A DNA stretch of 64,000 nt, from contig CM075989.1 of NCBI GenBank assembly GCA_038087875.1, positions 558,001 through 622,000 of the forward strand. Direction: 5' to 3'. The notes beneath the pieces were generated by a model that worked only from the letters and a program-made list of their open reading frames with translations, made no database searches and was not told where the DNA came from. Source of the DNA: Malacoraja senta. Its lineage: Eukaryota. Below, in pieces: positions 1-12,578 of the stretch. Position 1 is the stretch's first letter; each line of letters starts with the position of its first letter. Made by a program: the position numbers and the translations under genes.

Positions 1-956
1 TGCCGGCAGGCTGGTTTGCCACTGATACATGGGTGGTTTTCAACTGAATAAGGGGTGTCAAATGGGATAGTCAAGGACAGAGTTAAAGGGAAAGAGAGTA
101 AAGGGATAGTTAATGACCCCAGAATTAATGGGAAAGAAAGCTCACAAAGGGATAGGAGAGTATAGCCAAGTGTAATAGGGATCGATGTGAAAGGTGAGAT
201 GCGTAAGGAATTAAAAGTATTGTATATGAATGCGCGACTTATAAGAAGTAAAGTAGATGAGCTTGAGGCTCAGTTAGAGGTTGGTAGATATGACATTGTG
301 GGGATTACTGAGACGTGGCTGCAGGAGGATCGGGTCTGGGAATTTAATATTCAGGGTTGTACATCTTATAGAAAGGACAGGCAGGTAGGCAGAGGAGGGG
401 TAGCTCTGCTGGTGAGGGATGGAATTCAGTCCCTTGCGAGGGAACTGACATAGGGACTGACAAGGTAGAGTCACTGTGGATTGAGTTGAGGAATTGTAAA
501 GGAAAGAAGACACTAATCAGTGTTATCTACAGACCCCCAAATAGTAGCCCGGATGTAGGGTGTAAGTTGCAGCAGGAGTTAAAACTGGCATGTAACAAAG
601 GTAATGCCACTGTGGTGATGGGGGATTTCAATATGCAGGTAGACTGGGAAAATCAGGTTGGTTCAGGACCCCAAGAAAGAGAGTTTGTAGAGTGCCTCCG
701 AGATGGATTCTTAGAGCAGCTTGTAATGGAGCCGACCAAAGAAAAGGCAATTCTGGATTTTATCAATGCATGAGAGAGGAGCTGGCCAAGGTAGACTGGA
801 AAGGGATCCTAGCAGGAATGATGGTGGAACAGCAATGGCAGGAATTTCTGGGCATAATCCGGAAGACGCAGGATCATTTCATTCCAAAAAGGAAGAAAGA
901 TTCTAAGGGGAGTAGGAGGCAACCGTGACTGACAAGAGAAGTTAGGGATAGAATAA

Positions 957-1195
957 CCATATAACCATATAACCATTACAGCACGGAAACAGGCCATCTC
1001 GGCCCTTCAAGTCCGTCCCCAACACTTTTTTTTCCCTTCTTTCTTCTTACTTTCCCCTAGTCCCATCTACCTGCACTCAGACCATATCCCTCCATTCCTT
1101 TCCCATCCATATACCCATCCAATCTATTTTTAAAAGATAAAATCGTATCTGCCTTCACCACTTCCACTGGACGCGCATTCCACACAGCTACACAC
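957..1195 (-). mobile_element. Short 3' end of a second CR1 family nested in the first CR1
   Basis: (AACCATAT)n tail and GAATAA target duplication (951-956/1196-1201). Same family as 61730-62016. Confidence 0.8.
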
Positions 1196-1920
1196 GAATA
1201 AAACTAAACTAAAATATGTATAACACAGCAAAGAGTAGCCGGAAGCCAGAGGATTGGGAAACTGTCATAGGACAACAGAAGGAAACAAAACGGGCAATAC
1301 GGGCTGAAGAGATGAAGTACGAAGGGAAGCTGGCCAGGAATATAAAGAAGGACAGTAAAAGCTTCTTTAGATATGTTAAGGGAAAAAGAGTAGCAAAGTC
1401 AAATGTGGGTCCCTCGAAGGCAGACACGGGTGAAATTATTATGGGGAACAAGGAAATGGCAGAAGAGTTAAACAGATACTTCGGATCTGACATCACTAAG
1501 GAAGACACAAACAATCTCGCAGATGTACTGGAGGACAGTGGATCTAAGGGGGTAGAGGAACTGAAATAAATTTTCATTAGGTGAAAAGTAGTATTGTGTA
1601 GGCTAATGGGACTGAAGGTTGATAAATCCCCTGGGCCTGATGGTCTGCATCCCAGGGTCCTCAGGGAGGTGGCTCCAGAAATAGTGGACGCATTGGTGAT
1701 CATTTTCCAATGTTCAATAGATTTAGGTTCAGTTCCTGTGGATTGGAGGATAGTTAATGTTATCCCACTTTTCAAGAAAGGAGCGACAGAGAAAACGGGT
1801 AATTACAGACCAGTTAGCCTGACTTCGGTGGTGGGAAAGATACTGGAGTCAATTATTAAGGAGGTAATAATGGGGCATTTGGATAGCAGTAAAAGGATTA
1901 GTCCAAGTCAACATGGATTT

Positions 1921-1998
1921 ATTCAGATCCGATTCAGATTCAGATTCAGATTCAGATTCAACTTTATTGTCATTGTGCAGTGTACAGTACAGAGACAA
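1921..1998 (-). mobile_element. Tiny LINE/SINE 3' tail insertion with (ATTCAG)n microsatellite
   Basis: Interrupts CR1 'QHGF|..GKSC'. Contains the reverse complement of 'tgacaataaa' plus a hexamer tail. Confidence 0.65.
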
Positions 1999-3284
1999 CG
2001 GGAAAGGGAAATCATGCTTGACTAATCTTCTGGAATTTTTTGAGGATGTCACAAGTAAAATGGATGAAGGGGTGCCAGTGAGTGTAGTGTATCTAGACTT
2101 TCAGAAAGCCTTTGATAAGGTCCCACAGGGGAGACTGGTGACTAAAATTAGTGCCATGGTATTGGGGGTAGGGTGTTGACATGGATAGAAAATTGGTTGG
2201 CAGACAGGAAGCAAAGAGTAGGAGTGAACGGGTCCTGTTCAGAATGGCAGGCAGTGGCGAGTGAAGTGCCACAAGGCTCGGTGTTGGGGCCGCAACTGTT
2301 TACCATATATATTAATGATTTGGAAGAAGGAATTAGGAGCAACACTAGGAAATTTGCGGATGACACAAAGCAGGGTGGCAGTGTGAACTGTGAAGAGGAT
2401 GTTAGGAGGTTGCAGGGTCAACTGGACAGGTTGAGTGAGTGGGCAGATGTGTGGCAGATGCAGTGTAATATAGATAAATGTGAGGTTATCCACTTTGGCG
2501 GCAAAAACAAGGGGGCAGATTATTATCTCAATGGGGTTAGGTTAGGTAAGGGGGAGGGGCAGCGAGACCTGGGCGTTGTTGTACATCAGTCACTGAAAGT
2601 TGGCATGCATGTACAGCAGGCAGTGAAGAAAGCTTGATTGATCCCTGGGATGGCGGGACTGTCATTTGAGGAAAGATTGAAAAGACTTGGCTTGTATTCA
2701 CTGGAGTTTAGAAGGATGAGGGGGTAATCTTATAGAAAACATATACAATTATAAAAGGACAGGACAAGCTAGATGCAGGAAATTTTTTCCCAATGTTGAG
2801 CGAGTCCAGAACCAGGGGCCACAATCTTAGAATAAAGGGGAAGCCATTTAAGACTGAGGTGAGAAAAAACGTTTTCAACCAGAGAGTTGTGAATTTGTGG
2901 AATTCCCTGCCACAGAGGGCAGTGGAGGCCAAGTCACTGGATGGATTTAAGAGAGAGCTCTTGGGGCTAGTGGAATCAAGAGATATGGGGAGAAGGCAGG
3001 CACGGGTTATTGATTCTGGACGATCAGCCATGATCACAATGAATGGTGGTGCTGGCCTCCTCCAGCACCTATTTTCTAAGTTTCTATGTTTCTATGCAAA
3101 TACGCTTTTCACTGTACCTCGGTAAACGTGACAATAATAAACCAATACTAAATATGCTCAAGCCGTCATCTAATGACACCAATGCATCTGCAAAGGACGA
3201 GGGTAATTGGTGCAGCAGGAATCCTCAACCCTCATGACCTCAGAAAAGCAGAAGACAGACATCCAAGAGGTTTAAGGTGAGAGG

Positions 3285-3571
3285 GTTAGAGATACAGTGA
3301 GGAAACATGCGCTTTGGCCCACCGAGTCCATGCGACCATCGATCACCCGTACACTAGCTCTATCCTACACACGAGGGGCAATTTACAGAAGCCAATTAAC
3401 CTACAAACTTGCAAGTCTTTGGGATATGGAAGGAAATCGGAACACCCGGAGAAACCCACACAGTCACAGTGAGAACGTACAGACTGCAAACAGACAGCAC
3501 CCATTGTCAGGATTAAAGCCAGGTTTCTGGCTTCACTAGGCAGAACCTGAACGTGCCGCCATTGTGCCGCC
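3285..3571 (-). mobile_element. HE1-like V-SINE (tRNA-derived, CR1-type tail)
   Basis: Minus strand starts GGCGGCACAATGGCGG and contains the V-domain 'GTACGTTCTC..GTGGGTTTCTCCGGGTGTTCCGATTTCCTTCCA'. Splits an old CR1 fragment. Confidence 0.8.
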
Positions 3572-4493
3572 CACAGAGGAACCTGAGGGGCAATATTTTC
3601 ACTCAGAGGGTGGTAGGTATATGGAACAGCATTTTTTTGTAAATCAAATCTTTTTAATTTAGTTTTCAGGACATCACAAAGTGCAAAATTGTCCATTTGT
3701 TACAGACAGAGTGTACGAAAAGAATAAATAAAGAAACAACTTATGCCGACATATAACAAGACAACAACAATAAAAGAAAAACGAGATACCAAAAAGAATC
3801 CCTCCCCAGTCACTGCCAGTGAGCATATGCAAATATCAGCCTGTCACAACAATAATCCACGATAAGTGAATGTGTAGACTGTTAAGGTGTTAAACTGTGC
3901 TTGATGATCAAGCATTTACAAAGTCTGGAATGCATTTAAAAAAGGTCCCCACGCTTTCTGAAACCTTCCATTTGAATGTTGAAGTGAGTACCTGATTTTC
4001 TCGAGCTTTAGGCAAGACATAATATCTGTCAGCCATTGTCTATGATTGGGCGGGTTATGTTCCGTCCACCTGAGCAGGATTGTTCGCCGAGCCAGAAGAG
4101 AGGCAAAAGATATAGTGCGCTGTTTATCTGCAGTTAATCTAACCTCCTCACCAGTGACCCCCAAAAAGAACGATTAGAGGATTTGGTTCCAATTTAATGT
4201 TTAACACATGGGATAATGTATGAAAGACCTCTAGCCAGAAATTGTTAAGGCTGGGGCATGACCAATACATATGGATAAGAGAGGCTTCAGAAATTTTACA
4301 TTTAACACAGAATGGACTAACCTCAAGGTAAAAAGTAGATAATTTGGCTTTTGAGATATGAGCCCTATTTTGAATTGGATCAGACAGTGATGAGCACATA
4401 GAGAGGTGGAATTAACCTGTTTAAGAATGGAACTCCATGTATCTTCCGAGAGAGAGGAGCCCAAGTTTTCCTCCCATGCTGCCTTGAGCTTTA

Positions 4494-5023
4494 AAGGCCT
4501 GCCTCACGAGTCTGCGGTCATTGGCGGTGATACAGGTAGTATCTACCGCTCGTGGACCGCCAGAGACCGCGGGTTCGGTCAAACGCCCACCGCCGAGGCC
4601 GTGCAGTGTTGGGCCCAACACCGCCCGGTGCTCACAAAAAGTCAGCACTCTTTAAAAATAATTTCTTACCGCACAGCCGCCGCCAGTGAGGCACGAGTGC
4701 GGCATGGTCACCGCCACAGCTGCCGCCAGTGAGGCACGAGCGCCGTGAGTCGAACTCTCAGCGCCACAGCCGCCACCAGTGAGGCACGTGTGCGGCACGG
4801 CCGCCCCCACAGCCCCGCGATCCGAAAGACGTCATCGCGTAGCGCGTCGCGTTGCGCGATGACATCATCACCCGACGCCGCAAGCTCGTGGAACCGGCCG
4901 TATGGAGATCACTCGGCCCCCGCGCAGCATCCGTGCGGCGCTCTCGTGGTTGCCGTGCGGTCCCCTCTTCCGGCGACGCCGCGCTTCACCGCCAATGACC
5001 GCAAACCCGTGGGACAGAGCCTT
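4494..5023. mobile_element. Non-autonomous TIR DNA transposon (MITE, probably PIF/Harbinger-like)
   Basis: ~38-bp imperfect TIRs (aaggcctgcctcacgagtctgcggtcattggcggtga / tcaccgccaatgaccgcaaacccgtgggacagagcctt) flanked by TA/TWA. GC-rich interior. Interrupts L1 ORF2. Confidence 0.85.
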
Positions 5024-8000
5024 TAGGTCCAACATCCTGCCATATAAATCTGAGACAAGTCTATTCTGAGATGGGTTTAAAGAAAGAACTGTATCAACAA
5101 GGGTTGTGTCTGTTGGTATAGAAGAGCTGGGCAGTTTATAGAACACATAATGTCTTGTTTGCAGGTATCGGAAAAAATCTGACTTTGGAAGATTGAATTT
5201 GTTGCTTAATTGTTCAAATGATGCTACAGTGTTACCCATAAGCAGGTCCTTGAAGCGCACAATACCCTTCCTATGCCATTCTTTAAAGACAGGGTCCTGA
5301 GTTGATGGTTTAAAAAGGTGGTTTGATGCAATAGGGCTCAGTAGAGAAAAGTTATGCAACCCAATACATTTCCTGAATTGAACTCATATCTTCAAAGAGT
5401 GTTTAACCACTGGATTTTTTACAGATTTAATTGAGGGGAGTGGAAGTGAGGAACCAAGTAGTGCAGGTATGGTCATATTATCATCTGTGTGAAATTCCAT
5501 GGCTACCCTGTCAGGGCAATCGGGCTGGCTGTGAAAGAAAGACCAAAATGCAAGGCAGCGCAGGTTAGCAGCCCAATAATAAAAGCGAAAGTTTGGGAGA
5601 GCCAGGCCACCAGCAGCCTTGGTTTTTTGAAGGTGGGCTTTATTAAGACGAGGCCGCTTACCTCTCCATATATAGGAGGAAATAACTGAGTCAAGATGGT
5701 CAAAGAAGGACCTGGGGATAAAAACCGGTATGGCCTGAAAAACGTACAAAAATTTTGGTAAAATGGTAATTTTGATTGAATTTATCCGGCCGACAAGGGA
5801 CATTGACAGGGGTGACCACTGTGTTAGTGTCTGTTTGATCTGGTTTAACAGAATGATAAAATTCTCTTTGAAAAGATCCATGTGTTTCCTCGTAACTGAA
5901 ATGCCCAAGTATGAGAGCTTGTTTTTTCAATTTTGAATGGCAAGTTGATAAGATCCGAGGGTTGTACTTCATAGTTAATGGGAAACAGTTCGCTTTTTCC
6001 AAGATTTATCTTATAACCTGAAAATTGACCAAAATTATTGAGCAGTGACATAGCAGAATGCAGAGAGGTGCCAGGGTTTGAGACAAAAAGCAAAAGGTCG
6101 TCAGCATATAGTGAGACCTTATGCTGTGTATTGCCCCTCCAAATAGTGGCTATGTCCTCACAGCTGCGAAAGGCCATGGCAAGCAAGTGGTTCAATGGCC
6201 AAGTCAAAAAGCATGGGGCTCAGAGGACACCCCTGGCGGGTTCCACGATGCAAGTCGAACGACTTGGACAACTGGGAATTAGTCCGAACTAAGGCTGTGG
6301 GATGAGAGTATAATAACCTGAACCATGATATAAAGTTCGTTCCAAAACCAAATTTGTCCAGAACAGCCCATAGATAGACCCACTCAACACGATCAAATGC
6401 TTTTTCTGCATCAATAGATACAACACACTCAGGGACATCTTCAGAAGCAGAGTAGACAATATCTAATAATCGACGTATGTGAAAGAAGGAATGTCTGCTC
6501 TTAACAAAGCCGGTTTGGTCCTCAGATATAACAGTAGGGAGGGCATTCTCTAGTCTATGAGCTAGAACCTTAGCTAAAATTTTTGCATCCGTGTTTAGAA
6601 GGGAGACGGGTATGTAGGAGGTGCATTCGGTTGGATCTTTACCTTTTTTGGCGATAAGAGAAATACAGGCTTCGGCAAAGGATGGAGGAAGAGAACCTTG
6701 TCTGTAGGATTCAGATAGAACAGAACACAACTGTGGGGAAAGGAGTAGAGATAACCTTTTTAAAAACTCTGCCGGGAAGCCGTCAGGCCCGGACATTTGC
6801 CTGATTGCATTGAGGAAATGGCTGAAGCTATTTCTGCCTATGATATGGGTTCATCCAATCTTTCCCTAAAATCTAATGAGAGTTTGGGAATATTTAGACT
6901 GCTCAGAAAGTCATGCATTACCTTATGATCCGGTTGAGATTCTGAAGTATAAAGCTGGGAATAAAATTTGTCAGTTTTATCTCCATATGTATAAAACATG
7001 GCTTTATTTTTTTAAAGTATGTTCAATTGAGTGAGTAGTGAGTAGGTCAACTTTGGTTTTGAGTTCCAATCGTCTTTTATAAAGAGTTGGGTTTTGAGTT
7101 TGCGCATATTGCTTGTCAATTTCTCCAATTTGATGAGCAAGATCTAAACGCTCTTTATTGGATTTCCGCATCATTTGAGCAGTGCAAGATATGATCTGCC
7201 CCCTAAGGTAAGCCTTAAGGGCATCCCATAAGATCAGGCTAGAGATTTCAGGGGATATATTACTGGGGAAAAAAAGCTATTTCTCTTTCCATAAACTCTA
7301 CAAACTTATCATCCGAGAGCAAAGTTGAATTGAATCGCCACTGCCTACTCTTTTGTGGCAGATCTGGGACAAGGCCAGAGCAATAGGGGCATGGTCAGAA
7401 ATGACAATACTCTCATAGTCACAGGAATGAACCAGGGGTACAAGTTGGTTATCAAGAAAGAAATAATAAATTCTAGAATACGTATGATGGACATGTGAGA
7501 AAAATGAGTATTTCTTATCTTGTGGATGTAAAGTGCGCCACACCTCACAGACACCGTACTGGGAGAGAAAGGCTTGGATGAAATGAGCTGATTTACTTAC
7601 TGTACTGGGGTTAGTAGAGAATCGGTCTAAAAGAGGATCTAACAAGAATTGAAATCATCACCGAGTATAAGAGAGTATGTGTTCAGGTCTGGAAGTAATG
7701 AAAATAGCCGCTCGAAAAAAACTACATCGTCTACATTAGGGGCATACACGTTGACAAATACTACCAGTGTATTGTATAATTTTCCAGTCACAATTACATA
7801 CCGACCAAATTTGTCAGAGATCACATTATGTGGCTCAAAGGAAATGTTCTGGCTTTTAAGGATTGAAACTCCTCTGGCTTTAGCATGAAAGGAAGAGTGG
7901 AACCCCTGCCCCACCCAACCTGACAAGAGACGGCCATTGTCTGAGCAACGGATATGAGTTTCTTGCATGAAGGCTATTTCTGTTTTGAGTTGTTTAAGAT

Positions 8001-8542
8001 GCGAAAAAACCTTTCTTCTTTTAACAGGATGGTTTAAACCTTTGACATTCCAGCTTACTAGCTTTATGTGTCTATCCATGTATTATAAAGAAAAACGTTA
8101 AGTTGTAATGTAAATACAATGAACCAAATGACCGGCTGAATACGAAGCAACGGGTCAGTGCAGGTTAAAAATGACTAGTGTGTAATGATATGTTTATATA
8201 AATTGCTAAAATGTTACTGGCAGTGACATAACCTCTCTCCCCCCCCCAAGAAAGCTGCTATAGAAAGAAGCAGCAAGCTCTTCCATACAAACATTTTACA
8301 AATCGAATCTTCCTGTCTAACGTTAAACTATTTCTCCAGTATTATGTACTAAAAAATACATTTAAACACCTCTATAATAACATTTTGGCTTATCTAAATA
8401 GCCCCCCAAAAATATGGCTATGAAGACTGAATATCAACTTTGGAATAACTGAACAGTGCAAACTCTGAACTGTGTCAACAGTAAACGAAATGGTTAAATG
8501 TAACCGAAAACTCATATGGGTTAACATGTCCTTGATTTGCAG

Positions 8543-11460
8543 TTTTATGAGAATTTGTACACATCCAAAACGACAACGGACACCAATAAAGTCACAGAGT
8601 TCTTGGATAATTGTAATCTTCCAAAATTAGAGTTGAAGGAACAAGAGGAACTGGGTGCACAAATCTCAATTAAGGAAATAGAAGATACAATAACTTCATT
8701 AAAGAATGGAAAAACTCCAGGTCCTGACGGATTTAGTAATGAATTTTATAAAAGTGTTTATGACAAAATTATACCACGTTTACAGAAAATGTATAAATAT
8801 GCCTTTAAAGAACAACCATTACCTAATACACTAGCTGAATCAACGATCACATTAATACTTAAAAAAGACAAAGATACAGAAGAACCCGGATCATATAGAG
8901 CTATCGCGTTGTTAAATACAGATCAAAAAAATTAGCGAAAACATTAGCTAGAAGATTAAGTAAGTATGTTAGTAAATTAATAAATCCGGATCAAACGGGG
9001 TTGATCCCTAAGATCATCTAATAATCTGAGACATCTGCTCAATATAATGCACTCACACAAAACCAAAGAAAAAGAATTATCAATTATTTCGTTGGACGCA
9101 GAAAAATCATTTGATCAAGTAGAATGGAATTACATGGTTAAAGTATTACAAAAATTCCAATTGGCAGAGAATTTCATCCTATGGATTAAATTATTATATA
9201 ATAAGCCTACAGCTAGGATATTAACTAATAACATATTATCTACGAAATTCCAATTATCAAGGGGTAATAGACAAGGATGCTCATTATCACCGCTGTTATT
9301 TGCTCTTATAATTGAACCTCTAGTGGAAAGAATTAGAACACATCCGAATATCCATGGCTACAATACAAAATATTCAAATAATAAAATATCTTTATATGCG
9401 GATGATATACTATTTAACATCACAAAACCTCAAATTACTATACCAAACATATTAAATTTAATTGAGGATTTTGGATCCTTTTCTGGATACAGAATTAATT
9501 GGAACAAAAGTGAAATTATGTAAATAAAACCGAAAGACTCAACACACCTCTTAAAATTCCCTTTTAAAATAGCTACAGAAAAATGTAAATACTTGGGTAT
9601 TGAAATTACCAGAAAATATCAAGCCATGTTCAACGCAAATTATAATCCTCTACTTAAGAAATTAAATACCTTAATTAAATTCTGGAAAACGCTTCCGATG
9701 TCTTTAATAGGCCGAATAAATGCTATAAAAATGATTTTTTTACCACAAATTCTATACCTATTCCAATCAATTCCTATATACCTACCAAAAAAGATTTTTT
9801 TTAAACTGGATTCAGACATTACAAATTTTATATGGGATTAGAAATCCCATAGAATACAAAGAACACATTTGAACAAACCCAAAGTATTAGGTGGCTTAGC
9901 ACTCCCTAACTTTATGTACTATTATTGGTCAGTAAATATTAAAAATATGATTCAACTGATGGACAACTCTGCCCAGCAGGTGGATTGGATTATAATGGAG
10001 AGAGAGGACTGCTCCTCATGTAATATTGGAGCGATCCTCCTCTCACCAATGAAGTTGAATAACATAAACTATCACAAAAATCCAATTATACATAGTACAA
10101 TTAGGACTTGGAAACAAATAAAACATAATTTAAAATTAGGAAATCTATCGCTTTTATCCCCAATAGTTAATAACCCTTCGTTTAAACCCTCCATTATAGA
10201 CAAATCATTTATACAATGGGAAAGATTAGGAATTAAAACGCTCGGAGACTTGTATGAAACTGGAAAATTAATATCATTCCAACAATTACAACTAAAATAT
10301 AATCTGGGAAACAATCAATATTTTAAATATTTCCAAATATGTGATTATCTGAAAAAGTATACAAAAGATTATTATAATATGCCAGTAGATTTACTGGACG
10401 AAGCAATGAAGACAAAAGCCGAATCAGCAAATTTAATATCTTATTTGTGTAATATTATTTTTAATGTAGAAATACCAGCAACGGAAGGTATTAGAAGAGA
10501 CTGGGAAAAAGAATTAACTATTAACATTTCAAAGGAGAGGTGGAATTAACATGTATTAAATGTGCACAAATGCTCGATTAATGTAAGACACACTTTAATT
10601 CAATTCAAAATTTTACACAGATTACACTACTCAAAAACCAAAATTAGTAAAAAAAATCCCAACGTATCACCTATCTGTGATAAATGTCAGTCTCAAGAAG
10701 GTACTATTCATTTGTTTTTTGTACAAAAATTCAAAAATGTTGGATTGAAATTTTTGAAATCTTTACAAAATTATTTAAAATAAAACTGATACCAAAAGCA
10801 GAATGGATTATCTTTGGAACAACGGAAGGTAGCCCTGAACTAAATGCGTTTCAAAAGAACCTATTTGATTACGGGTTAGTAACTGGAAAAAAGCTTATCC
10901 TAAAATTCTGGAAAAATGCTCCCATACCAACAATAAACATGTGGATTTCAAATATGTTTGAAACATTACACCTGGAAGAGATAAGACTCCTCCTGGCAGG
11001 CAAATCAGATCACTTCTATAGGATGTGGTCTCCATTTATAGAACTACTACAAGCATAAGTGCAACAGTACTTTAAAAAAGTACCGATGTCAGGACTTGGT
11101 AAAGGGGGATGAAAGGTGGCGAGTTGGTATATCCCTTTTGCGCAATGTTCATAATAGAGTATCTGTTTTTCTCTTTTTTCTTCTTTCTCTTTTTTCTTTC
11201 CTACGGTCTATCTCTTAATCTCTTTTCTCTAATTTCTCGTCTCCAGGGTATTTCTTCTTTCCTTTTGACACGCTTTTACACTAACACTATTTTCTTTCAC
11301 TTTCACTTTCTTCTCAATTTCAACCTTTTTTTTCAATAGCTTTAAAAAATGAAGGAGTACATTCAATGTAATAAGTTATACGCGATGTGCACTAATGTAA
11401 TTGTTTGTAATTTAATGTACTTCTAATAAATAAAATAAAAAATAAAAAAATAAAATATAA
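8543..11460 (+). mobile_element. 5'-truncated L1-type LINE nested in the inter-ORF spacer of the minus-strand L1
   Basis: ORF2 RT motifs (TPGPDG, RQGCSLSP, YADD), AATAAA and poly-A at ~11425-11456, candidate TSD TTGCAG (8537/11461). Close paralog of 28150-34460. Confidence 0.93.
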
Positions 11461-12578
11461 TTGCAGCTTGAAAGTTACTTACTGGCCCTTAAAAGCTTTT
11501 AAAGAGCCAAAGTTAGAATGCAACAGCACACAGATATAGGGCCAGGCCATATGTGGTAACAGCACACAAAAATCCAGCTGGAAATCATTTCTAGTTTACA
11601 GTGCACATATAATGATATTTGGTTGTAGCCATTTTGTGTAAGTATCTTAGTAAATAAGCAGCACACCCAGATGAATGAGCACGTTCATCCATGTAAAAAA
11701 CCACAGACGTTAGCTGACATGCTGCACGTCGTGACAGTAGGTAGATCTATACAGTGTTACCTCTCATCCAGTGGGTTCAAAGTCCCTAAACAGAATCTTT
11801 ATTGGGTTTTATGTGACCTAGGGAGGCTGTCGATGTATTTCTGCACCTCCTCGGCTGAGTTTATCCACTTTCTGGCTCCACTGAACAACGTGAGACGGAG
11901 TCGAGCTGGATATAGCAGAGCAGGCTTTAGTCCCAGATTGTAAAGTTCTGCCATGACGTCTCTGTACTCTGCCAGCTGGTTCTGAACTTCAGGGCTGTAA
12001 TCCTCCACAATCCGAATTGGTTTGCCACGAAATTCGAGATTCCCTCTCCGCCGTGCCTCTCAGATGAGGAGATCCTTCGTCTGGTACCGATGCAGGCGGA
12101 GAATGCCTGGCCGCGGTCTCCGGCCAGGGGCCGGTTTAGCGTTGAGGGAGCGATGGGCTCTGTCGACTTCTGGAGGGGATGTCAACGTCTCGCTCCCCAA
12201 AACGTCTCGCAGCAAACTTGAGAAAAACTCAGTAGGCCGTCCGCTTTCAGTGGATTCCGGTAGACCGAGGATGCGTATGTTTTGTCACCAACTTCGGCCC
12301 TCCAAGTCGGCCACTTTAGCCTTTAGCTTAGTATTGTCACCACTCAGAGTGGAACAAATGTTCTCAAGGTCAACGACTCGCTGGTTAAGATCCTCTGCAG
12401 AAAGTTCCAGGGACGAGACACGTTGATCATGATCCTCCACTGTAAGCTTCATTTGGTCTAGCTTTGAGTCGAGCCGACCAAACAAAGTTCTAAACTCAGT
12501 GACTAGTGCCTCACGGTGTTGCTCAAGCAGCGTGGTAATAGCCTCCAAGCTAACGTCAGCGTCCTCCCTTTTGCTCGA

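Larger units (their letters stand above)
1..3035 (+). mobile_element. CR1-type LINE, decayed (ORF2 endonuclease + RT fragments, 3' tail)
   Basis: Motifs [49 protein letters not shown]. Frameshifts and deletions present. (TTTCTATG)n tail near 3075-3095. Confidence 0.95.
3632..12578 (-). mobile_element. L1-type LINE (ORF1 ~11799-12578, ORF2 ~3916-8079), decayed; hosts a MITE and another L1
   Basis: ORF1 'LEGRS..', 'RIVEDYS..LYPARLR'. ORF2 'SWNVKGL', 'QETH', 'DAEKAFD', 'RQGCPLSP', 'YADD' and C-terminal Cys/His motif. Poly-T at 3632. Confidence 0.93.

Noticed and set aside
1209..1775. Recurrent antisense ORFs over CR1 copies (e.g. 43587-43979, 45162-45605)
   Set aside because: Shadow frames of CR1 ORF2, repeated only because the element is repeated.
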